Of a stretch of 64,000 bases of DNA, positions 48,196-61,700 are shown in pieces. Made by a program: the position numbers and the translations under genes. Below the pieces are notes generated by a model that searched no databases, was not told the DNA's origin, and saw only the letters and a program-made list of their open reading frames with translations. Source of the DNA: Podarcis muralis (taxonomy: Eukaryota); contig NC_135657.1 of assembly GCF_964188315.1 (NCBI RefSeq), forward strand, positions 806,001 through 870,000, given 5' to 3'. Positions within the stretch are counted from its first letter, which is position 1. Every line of letters begins with the position of its first letter.

Positions 48196-48377
48196 TCCAG
48201 CCTTCACGCTAAGGTTCCAGGGCAGGTTGCAGCATTGGAAAACAGATTAAGCACTACGTAAAACAACTTACAACCACTTTAAACAAGGTGGCTCCGAAAA
48301 AAACAGAAACCCCAAGTGTCAAAAGTTGCTTTATAATTATTTTTTTAAAAAATGTAACTCATTTTTAATGTTTGCTC

Positions 48378-48423
<46 letters not shown>

Positions 48424-51400
48424 TTATTATTTATACCCCGCCCATCTGGCTGGGTTACTTCAGACACTCTGAGCAGCTTCTAACAAAATATTAAAATACA
48501 ATAGTCCTTCAGATATTAAAAGCTTCCCCAAACAGGGCTACCTTCAGATGTCTCCTAAAAGTCTGGTAGTTGTTTTTTCCTTTGACATCTGGTGGCAGGG
48601 CGTTCCACAGGGAGGGCGCCACCACCGAGAAGGCCCTCTCCCTGGTTCCCTGTAACTTATGGATATTTTAAATGAACATTTCAAGATCATCTTTTTACAA
48701 ACCGCTTGGGAGCCTTCAAGGTTTAGGGAAAGCGGCATAGATAAATTTTGTTAAATGAAAACATTCTGTAAAGAAAAGATGGAGGGAAGACTAAGGAGCA
48801 GTTCTGGAGCGTTGCATAGAACTGTAGAATTGGGAGGGGCGATGGGGGTCATCTAGTCCAACCCCTGCAAGGCAGCAATTTTTTTGCCCACCATGGGGTT
48901 GACCCACGACCCTGAGGTGAAGAGCCTCATGCCCTAGCGACTCCCTTAAGTTCTTTGCAGCCCCCTTGGCATTTTCCACAGAGCACCGAAAGGCCAGTGG
49001 CCAAGTGCGCATTAAATCTAGTTATGGTAGTTGGCGCGAGTGCCCCTCCCATGCCAGAGGGTGGGCTGAGGGGCACCCCAGAGGCCATCCAGCCTGCCCC
49101 CTTCTCCTTGAGGGGTCTCCACCTACCCCGGCTTCAGATATCTGCGGAGCCCCTTGACAGCTTCGGCGGCCGAGTAGAAGCCCCTCGCCTTGGCCACATC
49201 CTTGCTGACAAAGACCTGGGGGGGGGGGGGGAGAGACGCCAGAGTCACCTTCTCCTCTTGGTCTCCCTCTCTCGTAACACTAGAATTCCCAGGCGCCCAA
49301 GGAAGATGAATGTTGGAAGATGCAGAAAGGACTCGTTCCTGCAGCAAAGTGTTAGACGGTGGAACTCCCTCCCACAAGATGGCCACCTACCTGGATTGCT
49401 TTAGAAGAGGATTGGCTAAACTTATGGGGGAGAAAGGGGCTCTCCGTGGCCCCTCGCCAGGATGCAGCGATGCTTCTGAATGCCAGGGGCATCAAGGGAG
49501 AGGGTTGCTCTCGTGCTTGAATCCTGCTTGTGGGTCAGCCACGGTGAGAACAGGAGGCTGGACTAGGTGGGATCCCCACTGACCAGCGGCTAGGCTGGTC
49601 GGATAGAGCCTCCAGTTCCAGAGGCACTCTATCTAGACTCCTGGGTTCTTAGGGGTATTTGGCCACTGTGAGGAGAACAGGATGCTGGGCACAATGGGCC
49701 CCTTTGGCCGGTCCAGCAGAGCTCATTTCATGTTCTGAGGTCAGTCCTGCTCAGCCCAGGCAGGGCTTCACAAGCAGAACTTAGAATCGTAGAACGGAGA
49801 GTTGGAAGGGACCCCCAGGGGTCATCCAGCCCCGTTGTGGTTCTGGACAGTTGAGAGTTAACACTCCCAGGAGGCGCTCTTCTTAACTGGGCGCACTGCC
49901 CATATAATCCGGGCATTTTCCTGTGGGCTGAGCTCTCTCTGAGTGCAGAGTGTCTGAGAATGTGAGCAAGATAGTTTCAGTTCTGTTAGAGACAGAAAGG
50001 TTTTCTTTTCTGTAGGTTTTCTTTTCTGTTTTGTATGCTTCTAAATACAGTGGTACCTCGGGTTAAGTACTTAATTCGTTCCAGAGGTCCGTTCTTAACC
50101 TGAAACTGTTCTTAACCTGAAGCACCACTTTAGCTAATGGGGCCTCCTGCTGCCGCTCCGCCGCCAGAGCACGATTTCTGTTCTCATCCTGATGCAAAGT
50201 TCTTAATCTGAAGCACTATTTCTGGGTTAGCGGAGTGTGTAACCTGAAGCGTATGTAACCCGAGGTACCACTGTAAAGAGTGATAGAATAGAAGCACTGG
50301 TGTCGAGCCGAGTTATTGAAGACACCACACAGACACAGACTAAGCCATTTTACATTGCGTGTGAACTCTGCTACTATCCGACAACTGAGAAGAGTGGCAG
50401 TGCGCGAGTGGCAGCGTATGGGCACCACTGAAGTGTCGGAGTGCTTGTAAATCAGATTTATTGCAGTGCCGATGCAGCAGACCCCGTGGGTCAAAGGATT
50501 TACGACCCACAAACTTTAACAAGCCCAACCTTCGGCCATGCAGGAACCACAACTGAAGAATCCCTGCCAGATGTCCACCCATCTTAAAAATCTCCAAGGG
50601 AGTCCGTTCCATGTAAGGAGGACGTCCCGAGTATGGAGGAGCCTGCCCCCCCCCAGGACCACCGGGCGAGGAGGGCTGCCTGGTCCAGCCTGTGGCTCTT
50701 CGGAACCGCGCAAAGGCCTCTTCCACAGCCAAAGGCCTCTTCTGAGAGTCAGAAGCAGCAGCTGCTGTGCTCAGAGGCGTTTGCCCTTGCGCAGAGGAGG
50801 CTGCGGGGCAAAGGACCTGGGCAACATTGGGCAGCGCCAGGGAGGTGCAGCCAAGCCCTGACCCTGAATGGGGGCTCCTGCTCTGAAGTCAGGGGCCTGT
50901 TTGTGGTCTCTCTGTGTGGTTTGGGAGCTGCACAGTCAGGGAAAAACCAATGCTGTCCAGGGTTGTCAAGACTGCGGAGAGAATAATTGGGTGCCCTCTT
51001 CCCACCTTGGATCAAATCTGTGCTTCCAGGTGCCATAAGAAAGCTGCAGAGATAGCGCAGGATAGTGCGCACCCCGGAAATGATCTCTTTCAGCTTCTGC
51101 CTTCTGGAAGAAGGTACAGGGTTATAAAGACTAGGACTAGCCGCCTGAGAAACAGTTTCTACCCAAATGCGATTTTGGTTTTAAATGCAGTGTAAGGTAG
51201 TCTCTGGGACACGGGTGGCGCTGTGGGTTAAACCACAGAGCCTAGGACTTGCCGATCAGAAGGTCGGCAGTTTGAATCCCCGTTGCTCGGTCCCTGCTCC
51301 TGCCAACCTAGCACATCAAAGTGCAAGTAGATAAATAGGTACCATTCCAGCAGGAAGGTAAACGGCGTTTCCATGTGCTGCTCTGGTTCGCCAGAAGCGG

Positions 51401-52682
51401 CTTAGTCCTGCTGGCCACATGACCCGGAAGCTGTACGCCGGCTCCCTCGGCCAGTAAAGCGAGATGAGCGCCGCAACCCCAGAGTCATCTGTGACTGGAC
51501 CTAACGGTCAGGGGCCCTTTACCTTTAAGGTAGTCTCTATGGGAGTATATTGTATTTAATTATGGGGTATCAGAGTTTTTAGGGGGCTAACCAGGCTGGG
51601 ATAGCAGGCTTGTTGGGTTTTGAATGTCTTATGTAGATTTTTCAGTTTCGTTTTTCTGTATGGGACAATGACAATAAAGACTTTCGTATCGTTTCTGCCC
51701 CGTCATCCTGGCTTCTCCCCCAGACAGAGGCTTTCCTACCACGTCTCCGTAGCCGAAGAGTTGGTATATCTCTGGCCGCGTCTTCTCCACCTCCACGGAC
51801 GTGGTCACTCGGTCGGACGGCGGGCAGGTCCTGTTATACGCCTCCACACGCTGGATCATCTTCACCTGCTCAGAGGCATTCCTGCCCTGGGGGAGGGAGA
51901 AGGTGGGTCTCAGAGGGAGGCAGAAGTTCGCCCTGGCATCCCAGGCAGCTTCTGTGGCTAGGACAGCTGCACCCACAGCCAGAAGGTTGTGGCCACGGCA
52001 GTCCTGGCATTCATGCTCTGCTGAGCTCTAGATTACTGCAATGCCCTCCCCGTGGGGCTGCCCATGAAGACTGCCTGGAAATGCCACACCTCCGGGCACC
52101 AGAGGGTTAATGGCCAACAGCTGGCATCCTCAAGGGCAGTGACTTATAGGCAGTGGCTCCCAAACTTTTCTGGGCCCCTGCCCCCTTGATTCCATAAAGT
52201 CACTCCCAGCGACCCCCACCCTATAAAAAGCATTATTCAGCCACTACAGGGGAGAAAAACCCAATAAAATTCAAAACGGGAATGATTGTACGTTTATTCA
52301 AAATCCAGTTAAGAACTATTTAGTTTAATTAGCTCGACAAAACTGATCAACTTGATCCAGTGATGCCAGTGAAGTCTGATAGGTCATGGATAGCTCCAGC
52401 GCCATGGAGCCCCTCCTTGCCTCTTAGTGCCCCCCCCCCCAATAATCCTAAAACTCTAAGATCCGGTAACAACAGACTTTAAAGGGGGCCATCCCTGAAT
52501 CAAGGCCCTGCAAATGCAACACGAAGCCCCCTTCACAAAGAGGTCTGGCCTGTCGCCTGCGGAGTGAGCGGCCTTGTTTTCAAAATCCTTGCATGTGTTT
52601 ACTGGCTCACAGGATGTCTTGTTCCCAAGAGCTGTTTCTGTGTGCGAATAGCCAGTGTTGAGAACTTATCAATGGCCAATGA

Positions 52683-52740
<58 letters not shown>

Positions 52741-55700
52741 CCGTCCATCTGTCTGGGCTTCCCCAGCCACTCTAGGCAGTTTCCAACAAAGTGTTAAAAT
52801 ACAATGGTCTGTTCAACATTAAAAGCAGGGCTGCCTTCAGATGTCTTCTAAGTCTGGTAGTTGTTGTTTTCTTTGACATCTGGTGGGAGGGCGTTCCACA
52901 GGGCAGGTGCCACCACCGAGAAGGCCCTCTGCCTGGTTGCCTGTAACTTGGCTTCTCGCAGTGAGGGAACCGCCAGAAGGCCCTCGGAGCTGGACCTCAG
53001 CGTCCGGGCAGAACGATGGGGGTGGAGACGCTCCTTCAGGTATACTGGGCCTTTGAGGCCGTTTAGGGCTTCAAAGGTCAGCACCAACACTGTGAATTGT
53101 GCTTGGAAAACGTCCTGGGAGCCAATGTAGGTCTTTCACCTATACTTTTCCGTCTTCATTTCCTGCTGATGGCAACTCCTTGTGGCACCTGCACCTCAGG
53201 AAGACCCTCCCTCCCTCTTGCCCCCCCCCATCTCCCCAGCAAGGGCTTCCTTCACTCACCTCCCAGTGGATCCACTTGTATGGAGACAGGTTGACCTGCT
53301 CAAAGTCAGCAGCTGTCACGTCCGGCAGGTTGCTGGTTGGGGGTGGCGGGGAGAAGGCGGAAGGGTGGGACGGGGGGGGGGTACAAAGGTCTATGAGATG
53401 AAATGCCTTCACAGCCTCCTCTCCCACCCGAGATTATTCATTTGAACAACTTGAAGACCCCCATCTGGTCATTGATTACAAAGCACAAAGCAGAGTGTTG
53501 CTGTCTTGGCCGACCACTGTAGCACAAGCCAGGCCCAACTGGTGGGGTCCATGCAGCCAGACACCCTCTCCCTATGGGCCACCCCAGGTGCCCCGCAAAG
53601 TATGTGAGGAGGGGGCATCAAGGCAATAATCAGCCCCTCTTCCCCCCCCCCCAGGGTCCTATCAAGAAGCCCACTACCTCAAAAGCAAGGAGGGTCCATC
53701 TGTGTCTCGGATGCAAGGCTGATCTTGCAAAGCGGTATGTCCACTTTGATCCCCTTCTATGTACAGTAGTGAATTGGTTCCTAAACCCTGAAAACCCGGA
53801 AGTAAGTGTTTCAGCTTTCAAATGTTTTTTGGAAGCCAAACGTCTGATACGGCTGTCAGCTATTGTTTCCGGGGCGCCTGCACCAATCAGAAGCTGCACC
53901 TTGGTTTTTGAACATTTCGGAAGTCAAACAGACTTCGGATTAAGTTTGGCGCTTTTGTTTTTGCTATTTATTTTGCGTTTTTGTTTTTGAGGTTTTTCTG
54001 GTTAATTTGTTTTTGTGACTGTGTGGAATCCAGTTCAGCTACTGACTGATTGATTGTGTGACTGCAGAAATGGATAAAAGCAAGCAATGACTATCATCAG
54101 TGCAGGTGAGAAAAAATAATGATTTTAATTTTTATCATCTACAATACTGTCTTATTTATTTTATAGTACAGTACATTGATTATTGCTTTCATTTTATGGA
54201 TCAATGGTCTTGTTAGATAGCAAAATTCATGTTAAATTGCTGTCTGGAATGGATTAATCCATTTTGCATTTCCTTCTATGGGAAAGCACAATTTGGTTTT
54301 GGAACGCTTTGGTTTTGGAACGGACTTCCAGAATGGATTAAGTTTGAGAACCAAGGGACCACTGTATGCTGGGACCCATCCATGGTGCTGGCTTTGATCT
54401 GCACAGCCCCAAAGAGCTGGACTCAACATTATTCAGGGGCTGCCTCTGAGCCAGGGGCGTAGGAAGCGGGGTGGGGAGGGTGTGGTCCACCCCGGGTGTC
54501 ATCCCAGAGGGGGTGCCAAAATTTACCGCAGGGCCTGGCCTGCAGCACGTCCGAGCCACAAGTCTCTCCTGGGAGTGACATGGTGGCTTGGGGTCCTGTG
54601 CTGCCCGAAACAGCAGTGTGGGGCTTACTGCGGCGCCCCCCTGGGTGGATCGCCCCATCCCCACCGCTCTGGGTGCTGCAGCAACTAGCTACACCCCTGT
54701 TCTGAGCCTGAGGTTCCGGTATTGCAGTAGGTGAGCCAGATGGCCCTTCAAACAACACAGTTCTGCGATTGTGGCCTAAACCTTCACATTTGGACAACCA
54801 GAAGAAGCATTAGCATAAGAACATAATAAAAGCCTGCAGGATCAGGCCAGGGGCCCATCTAGTCCGGGATCCTGTTCTGACAGTGGCTGACTGGACCCCT
54901 GCGGGAAACCGGCAAGCAGGATTCGAACTCAGGATCAACACTCTCCCTGCCTACAGTTCCCAGCATCTGGTCTTCAGAAGCATCCCTGCCTCCTCCATGA
55001 ATTTGAGGTGACCAAGGAGGGCTATGAGGACACCACAGAGGTTGACAAAAGAGCTGGGAGGGAGAGAGACGTTCTTCTTCCTCTCTTGTAGAGGCAGCGA
55101 TGGCCACCAACTTCAAAAGGGGAGCCAGACCAAGAACGTGAAGGTCAAGAGCTACAAGTGACTGCAGATTCACAGAACTGTCCAGTTGGAAGGGATCTCC
55201 AGGGATCATCTAGTCCAACCCCCTGCAATGCAGGAATCACAGCTCAAGGATCCCCCGACAGATGGCTGCCCAAGCACCTTGGGAGGGGAGTCTGTTCTGC
55301 TGTCATACATCAGAAAATTCTTCCTGCCACAAGATCCCAGCAGGAAAGGACTGTGTGTCCCCCCCCCCCCAAGCAGGCTTCCTGTTGGGGGATCCGGGAG
55401 GTCCCTGGAGGAGGACTTTCCCTGGGCCTGATCCGGCTGCAGCAGCCAGACGCTTCCCACATTCGAAACTCTTTGCTCCATGAGTCCCTTGGATTGAAAA
55501 CTGGGGGGGGGGGGGGTGTGCTGTGGGTGGAGAGGCACCTACTGCAAAGGGTTAACACTTGGCTCCAAGCCCCCTGATCTCTAGCCTCAAAGAGGAGCCT
55601 TCTCAATGATTAACTGAGCAGCGGATCCTGCCCTCTGAGCAAAGGCCAGCCAGAACCCCATCCAGGGCTCAGCTGCCATTTCTCCCCCTGGCTGAGAGGG

Positions 55701-58700
55701 GCCAAGGATCAAGTCCAGTGGATGCCTCCATCTGGGCAGGGGGTCCTAGGGGGAAGAAGGAGGGACCCCTCCCCAGCCCTCTTCTCTCCCCAACACAGCC
55801 CCTGCCCCCTCCCAACACCGGATCCCGCTTTCCAAAAAGCAAGGGGAGGGAACACCCCCCCCCCCGCCTTCCTCTGTCCCCACCTGCCCCTAAGAGCCCC
55901 CATTTGCTCCCCCCTCCAGACCAGGCGATGACCAGGAAGGCAGATCAGGGACGGATTGAGGGAGATGATTGGCTGCTGCATCTGGGCTGAATTATCAGGT
56001 GAATCTGCCGAGAATTATTGGGCATGCATGGCTGTGCTTTCCCCTCTTCTCCCACTGGGTGGCGCCACTCAGGGAATGCGGGGCGGCGGCGGCATTCCAA
56101 CTCCAATTCAAGCCATAAGGTAAAGGTCAAGGGACCCCTGACCATTAGGTCCAGTCGTGGCCGACTCTGGGGTTGCGGCGCTCATCTCGCTTTATTGGCC
56201 GAGGGAGCCGATGTACAGTTTCCGGGTCATGTGGCCAGCAAGACTAAGCCACTTCTGGCGAACCAGAGCAGCGCATGGAAATGCTGTTTACCTTCCCGCT
56301 GGAGCGGTACCTATTTATCTACTTGCACTGGCGTGCTTTCGAACTGCTAGGTGGGCAGGAGCAGGGACTGAGCAACGGCAACTCACCCCGTCACGGGGAT
56401 TCGAACCGCTGACCTTCTGATCGGCAAGTCCTAGGCTCTGTGGCTTAACCCACAGCGCCATCCGCGCCCCTATATTTCAGGCCATAGCTGTCAACTTTTC
56501 CCTTTTCTTGCGAGGAATCCTATTCGGAATAAAGGAATTTCCCTTAAAAGAAGGGAAACGTTGACAGCTATGGTTCAGGCTTCTCAAGCAAACCGCTACC
56601 CCCTGAACCGGGCCGTAAGCCAGAAGGTGCAGACAAGCTTCAGGCCGCTTGGCCACAGGTGTGGCTCAAGGGATCGGAATTAAATGAAGTTCCATTTATG
56701 ATCACTTTGATGTGTATTTTTGGGGGGGTGTAAAGGGGGACAGGGGAGGGTTTTAGACCATTTTATTTACTTTTCCTATGTCCAGTTTTCCTGTTGTTCT
56801 TCTGTCTCTCACAGCTACAATAATCCTACCGTTAAAATTATGGGCTGGTTATTTCTTCGTCAGAGGGCAAACAGGCAAATTTAGCAGGGGGTCAAATAGT
56901 TTTCCCCCTCACTGTAACTGGTTCATTTTTTTAAAGTAGCTTTAAAATAAATAAAGTCAGTGAGAGGGAAGCTGGAGGTCTTGGCAGCTCAGCCGCCGAC
57001 TTCCTCAGAGGCCTCTTGGCCTCAGTGCTTCCAGTCTGTAAAATGGGAAGAGAGGATTTGAGTAAGGGGGCTGGGCAGCTTGGCTTGGGGAACTGTGAGG
57101 CAAGCAGAAATCCAGCCACTGTGGCTTTGCACCCGAGCAGATCGGCTTGCAAAACTGAGCTCCTTTTGCTTGTGGTGTAGCTGTTAAAAGCTCAAGAAAA
57201 AGGCTTTCTAGGGTGAAAAGTGGAAGGAAGTAACCTTTCTACTATTAATGATCAAATGCACTTTGCACGTTAATAGTCCGAGATTAATGATTAATATTAG
57301 GAATAAGAAGAAGGGGGAGGGGGCAGAAAGAAAGCAGGTGACCTTGAGGTTCCCCTTTGCTCTCACGCACCTTGCCTAGATCTCTTGACAATTTATTTCT
57401 CATTTACTGTATTTTTCCGTCTATAAGATGCCCCCCATGTATAAGACACCCCTTATTTTTGGGGACTCAGATTTAAGAAAATGGGGGGAGATGCATCCGT
57501 GTATAAGACGCCTTCTAATTTTTGACATTATTTTTTAGGGGAAAAACCTAGTCTTATACATGGAAAAATACAGTACAGTCATACCTTGGGTTACAGATGC
57601 TTCAGGCTGCGTTTTTTTGGGTTAGGTAAAAGGTAAAGGGACCCCTGACCATTAGGTCCAGATGTATCCGACTCTGGGGTTGCGGCGCTCATCTCGCTTT
57701 ACTGGCCGAGGGAGCCGGCATACAGCTTCTGGGTCATGTGGCCAGCAGGACTAAGCCGCTTCTGGCGAACCAGAGCAGCGCACGGAAACGCCGTTTACCT
57801 TCCCGCCGGAGCGGTACCTATTTATCTACTTGCACTTTGATGTGCTTTTGAACTGCTAGGTTGGCAGGAGCACGGACCGAGCAATGGGAGCTCACCCCAC
57901 CGTGGGGATTCGAACCGCCAACCTTCTGATCGGCAAGCCCTAGGCTCTGTGGTTTAACCCACAGTGCCACCCACCCGGAAGTACCGGAACGGGTTGCTTC
58001 CGGGTTTGGGCGGTTGCGCATGTGCAGAAGCTCTAAATCACACTTTGCACATGCACAGAAACACCGAATTGCAAACCTGCGCATGCGCAGATGCGCTGCT
58101 GCGGATTGCAAATGTTGCAGGTTGCTAACGTGCATCCCGCACGGATCACGTTCGCAACCCGAGTGTCCACTGCTGGATTTTAAAAATGGCACCCTCAAAG
58201 TGGTTTACAAAAGTAAGCACCATACAAATCTTATTGAATTGATAAAAGGGTTGGGACGGTTTCTAAAGAAAGCTGGGTCAATGCCCCCCCCCCCATCTTG
58301 TATCTTTATGCCCCGAACTGCCCTGAGGTCTTTGGGCAAAGGGTGCGATGCCAATTCAATAAATATTAGTCGGCAATAATAAAGAGAGGGAGCCCTGTGG
58401 CGCCACCCAGTGGCAGGGTGGGGAGTTGGTGGGCGGGGGCAGCAGCTGCCCGCCTGGCCTTACATGTCATAGAGAGTGACCGTCCGAGAGCCGTTGTGGC
58501 AGTTGACGAGGCAGATGGCGCAGGGCATCTCCCCCTGGCTTTGCCTCACCAGGTGAGAGACGTCCACGTTGCAGCGGCGGAAGTCGGAGAGGATGAATCT
58601 TGGGGGCAGCGGAGGGAGAGAAAGAGGAGGTTAGAGGCTGTGGCCCAGGCAGGGGGGACCCCTCACCCTAAGCACCTCGCAGCGTGCAGGATGGTCCGGG

Positions 58701-61700
58701 TGCCCGTCGTGGAGTTGCTGATCACCATGGAGGTGGGCAGGGCACGCGCCGGGCGCGGCACCACGTGGGCGAGGTCCACCTCGTAGCGCTGGAAATCCTC
58801 ACGGACGAAGCTGGGTGGGCAGAGAAGAGGAGCCCCCTTAGGGGTGGGGAGGGCGAGAGGGGCTGGAGACCCCCTTTCTCACCCCATCTGGCCACAGTGA
58901 TCCATGTGACGGGCACCTCCAGGCTTGACTACTGTAATTCACTCTATGTGGGGCTGCCCTTGAAGCTGACCCAGAAACTCCAGCGGGTACAGAATGCCAT
59001 GGCAAGACTCCTTACGGGGTCCTTGCTGTGGGATCACATTCACCCAGTGCTTTTCCAGCTGCACTGGCTCCCGGTGGAGTACAGGGTCAGATTTAAGGTG
59101 CTGCTTTTGACCTTTAAAGCCCTATGCAGCCTAAGACCCACGTACCTACGGGACCGCCTCTCCTGGTATGTCCCACGGAGGACCTTAAGGACTTTGGAGG
59201 TCCCAAGCTGCAAGGTGGTTAGGCTGGCCTCAACTAGGGCCAGGGCCTTTTCAGTACTGGCCCCGACTTGGTGGAACGCTCTGTCCCAAGAGACTAGGGC
59301 CCTGAGGGACAGAGCTGTTCCGCCTGGCCTTTGGTTTGGACTCAGTATAAACCAATGTTCCCCTCCCCTCACAGTCTTGATTTATCGGCTACTTTAAAAT
59401 GAGACTGCATTTTAAATTGCATTTTAACCTGTATTTTAAATTGGGTTCCCCTCCACTTCTCTTTTATTGGTGTTAGCCACCCTGAGCTGGGCTCTGGCCG
59501 GGGAGGGCAGGGTATAAATAAAATTTATTATGATTATGTATTATTAAGGACCCTCCTCTCCCACTCCTTGGGAACAGGAGTTGGTGCCTAGACTTGCAGG
59601 GTCAGCAAACATTTTCAGCAGGGGGCCGGTCCACTGTCCCTCAGACCTTGTGGGAGACCGGACTATATTTTTTTTGGGGGGGGGGGGCGGGGAATGAACG
59701 AATTCCCATGCTCCACAAATAACCCAGAGATGCATTTTAAATAAAAGGACACATTCTACTCATGTAAAAACACGCTGATTCCCGGGCTGTCTGTGGGCTG
59801 GATTTCGAAGGCAATTGGGCCAGATCCAGCCTCCAGGCATTAGTTTGCCTACCCATGATAGAGAGTGCTAGGAGCTGCAAGCGCCATTGGCCCATGAAGG
59901 TAAAGGTAAAGGGACCCCTGACCATTAGGTCCGGTCGTGACCGACTCTGGGGCTGCAGCACTCATCTCGCTTTATTGGCCGAGGGAGCCGGCGTACAGCT
60001 TCCGGGTCATGTGGCCAGCATGACTAAGCCGCTTCTGGCGAACCAGAGCAGCGCAGGGAAACGCCGTTTACCTTCCCTCCGGAGTGGTACCTATTTATCT
60101 ACTTGCACTTTGAGGTGCTTTCGAACTGCTAGGTGGGCAGGAGCAGGGACCGAGCAACGGGAACTCACCCCGTCACGGGGATTCGAACCGCCGACCTTCT
60201 GATCGGCAAGCCCTAGGCTCCGTGGTTCAACCCACAGCGCCACCCCCATCCATGAAAGAGGGCCCCAAATCCACCCTGAGCCCTGAGTGCGAAATCTCTG
60301 CTTGGGGAGCAGAAGTGTCTCACAGAGAAGGTGGGAATTGGGTGAGTATTCCTGCAGGCACATGGGGGCAAAGCCTTTGTCTTGTTCCTGACGGGAGCAT
60401 GAGCTTCACCTTCCCATAAAAATCTGAGTCCAAGCAGGGATTTCTCAAGATCTGCAAGACCCAAATACTTACATTCAGCTTCTCAACGCAAGAGGCGTCT
60501 GGGCTCGTGATTCTTGGGTGATGTTCCACCCCTGGAAAGCAGCTGCCCCTTGCTCTTTAATCCAGCTGTGTGGTGACTAAAGGAACTCTGCACATGCTCA
60601 GAAGGACCAGGGAAGGTGCGTGGGCCTGTATATTTCACATACCCAGAGCAGAGTCCCTTAATAATGGACCCTTTCTTAAATAAGACTGCCCTGCCACATC
60701 TCATAGAATCACAAAATGGTAGAGCTGGAAGGGACCCAAGGGGACATCTAGTCCAACCCCCTGGAATAGGATGAGGGCTCCTTCTCCCAGGCTGATTCTC
60801 TCCCCATTTTGCAGACTGGAGTTCTACCATTCAAACTGGTTCTCAGAGCTGAATTCAGCCGACTAACTTCTTAGGGAAATCCAGCCACTGCCTGGAAGAA
60901 AACTAGAGCCCTCTTGGGGTTTGTGCCTCTCCCTCACCCGCCCAGCACAGCACCAGGATCTGACCCTGCTCCTCAAAACCAGCAGTGGGGTCAGAAATCA
61001 GCAATGGGTTTTTTTCTGGCATTGATTCTGAATTGATTTTAGAATGTATTTCAATTAATTGATTGTGATTTTATGTCAATTGTGTTACTTTTACTGTTGT
61101 TAGCCACTCTGAGCCCGGCTTCGGCTGGGGAGGGCGGGATATAAATAAAATTATTATTATTATTATTTGAGAAACTTTCTGTCCCCCTGAATCTACAGAG
61201 ATCTGATTCCAGCATGTACAGCTGACACATGTTCCGTAAAGAAAACTCACAAGTATGTAGTGTTAATTTTACATACCGTAAAAAAATCTCAGTACTATAT
61301 AAGTATCTTAAAAGTACTTCTAATTGTCGAAAGTAGTCGAAATCGAAGGGGGTTTGGATGACTGTTGGGGCCCCTTCCACTCTCCAATTCTTTGGTTCTA
61401 GGAAATGAAATTTGAGGCCAGGCAAGTGAAGGAAACAACTGAGGAAACAGACAGAGGCTCAGGCTGCCTTTTACTTGGGAGTAACCCTAATAACAGTGAA
61501 GTCGGTTAAGCTGGCTCGAGGTCACCCAGTGGCCTTCATGCCTGAGCAGGGATTCGAACCCTGCTCTCCAAGGTCACTGTTTGATACTCTAACCCAGCGG
61601 CTCTCAACCTGGGGGTCCCCAGATGTTGTTGGACTACAACTCCCATCATCTGAGCTCTGGCCTTGCTAGCTAGGGGTGATGGGAGTTGTAGTCCAACGAC

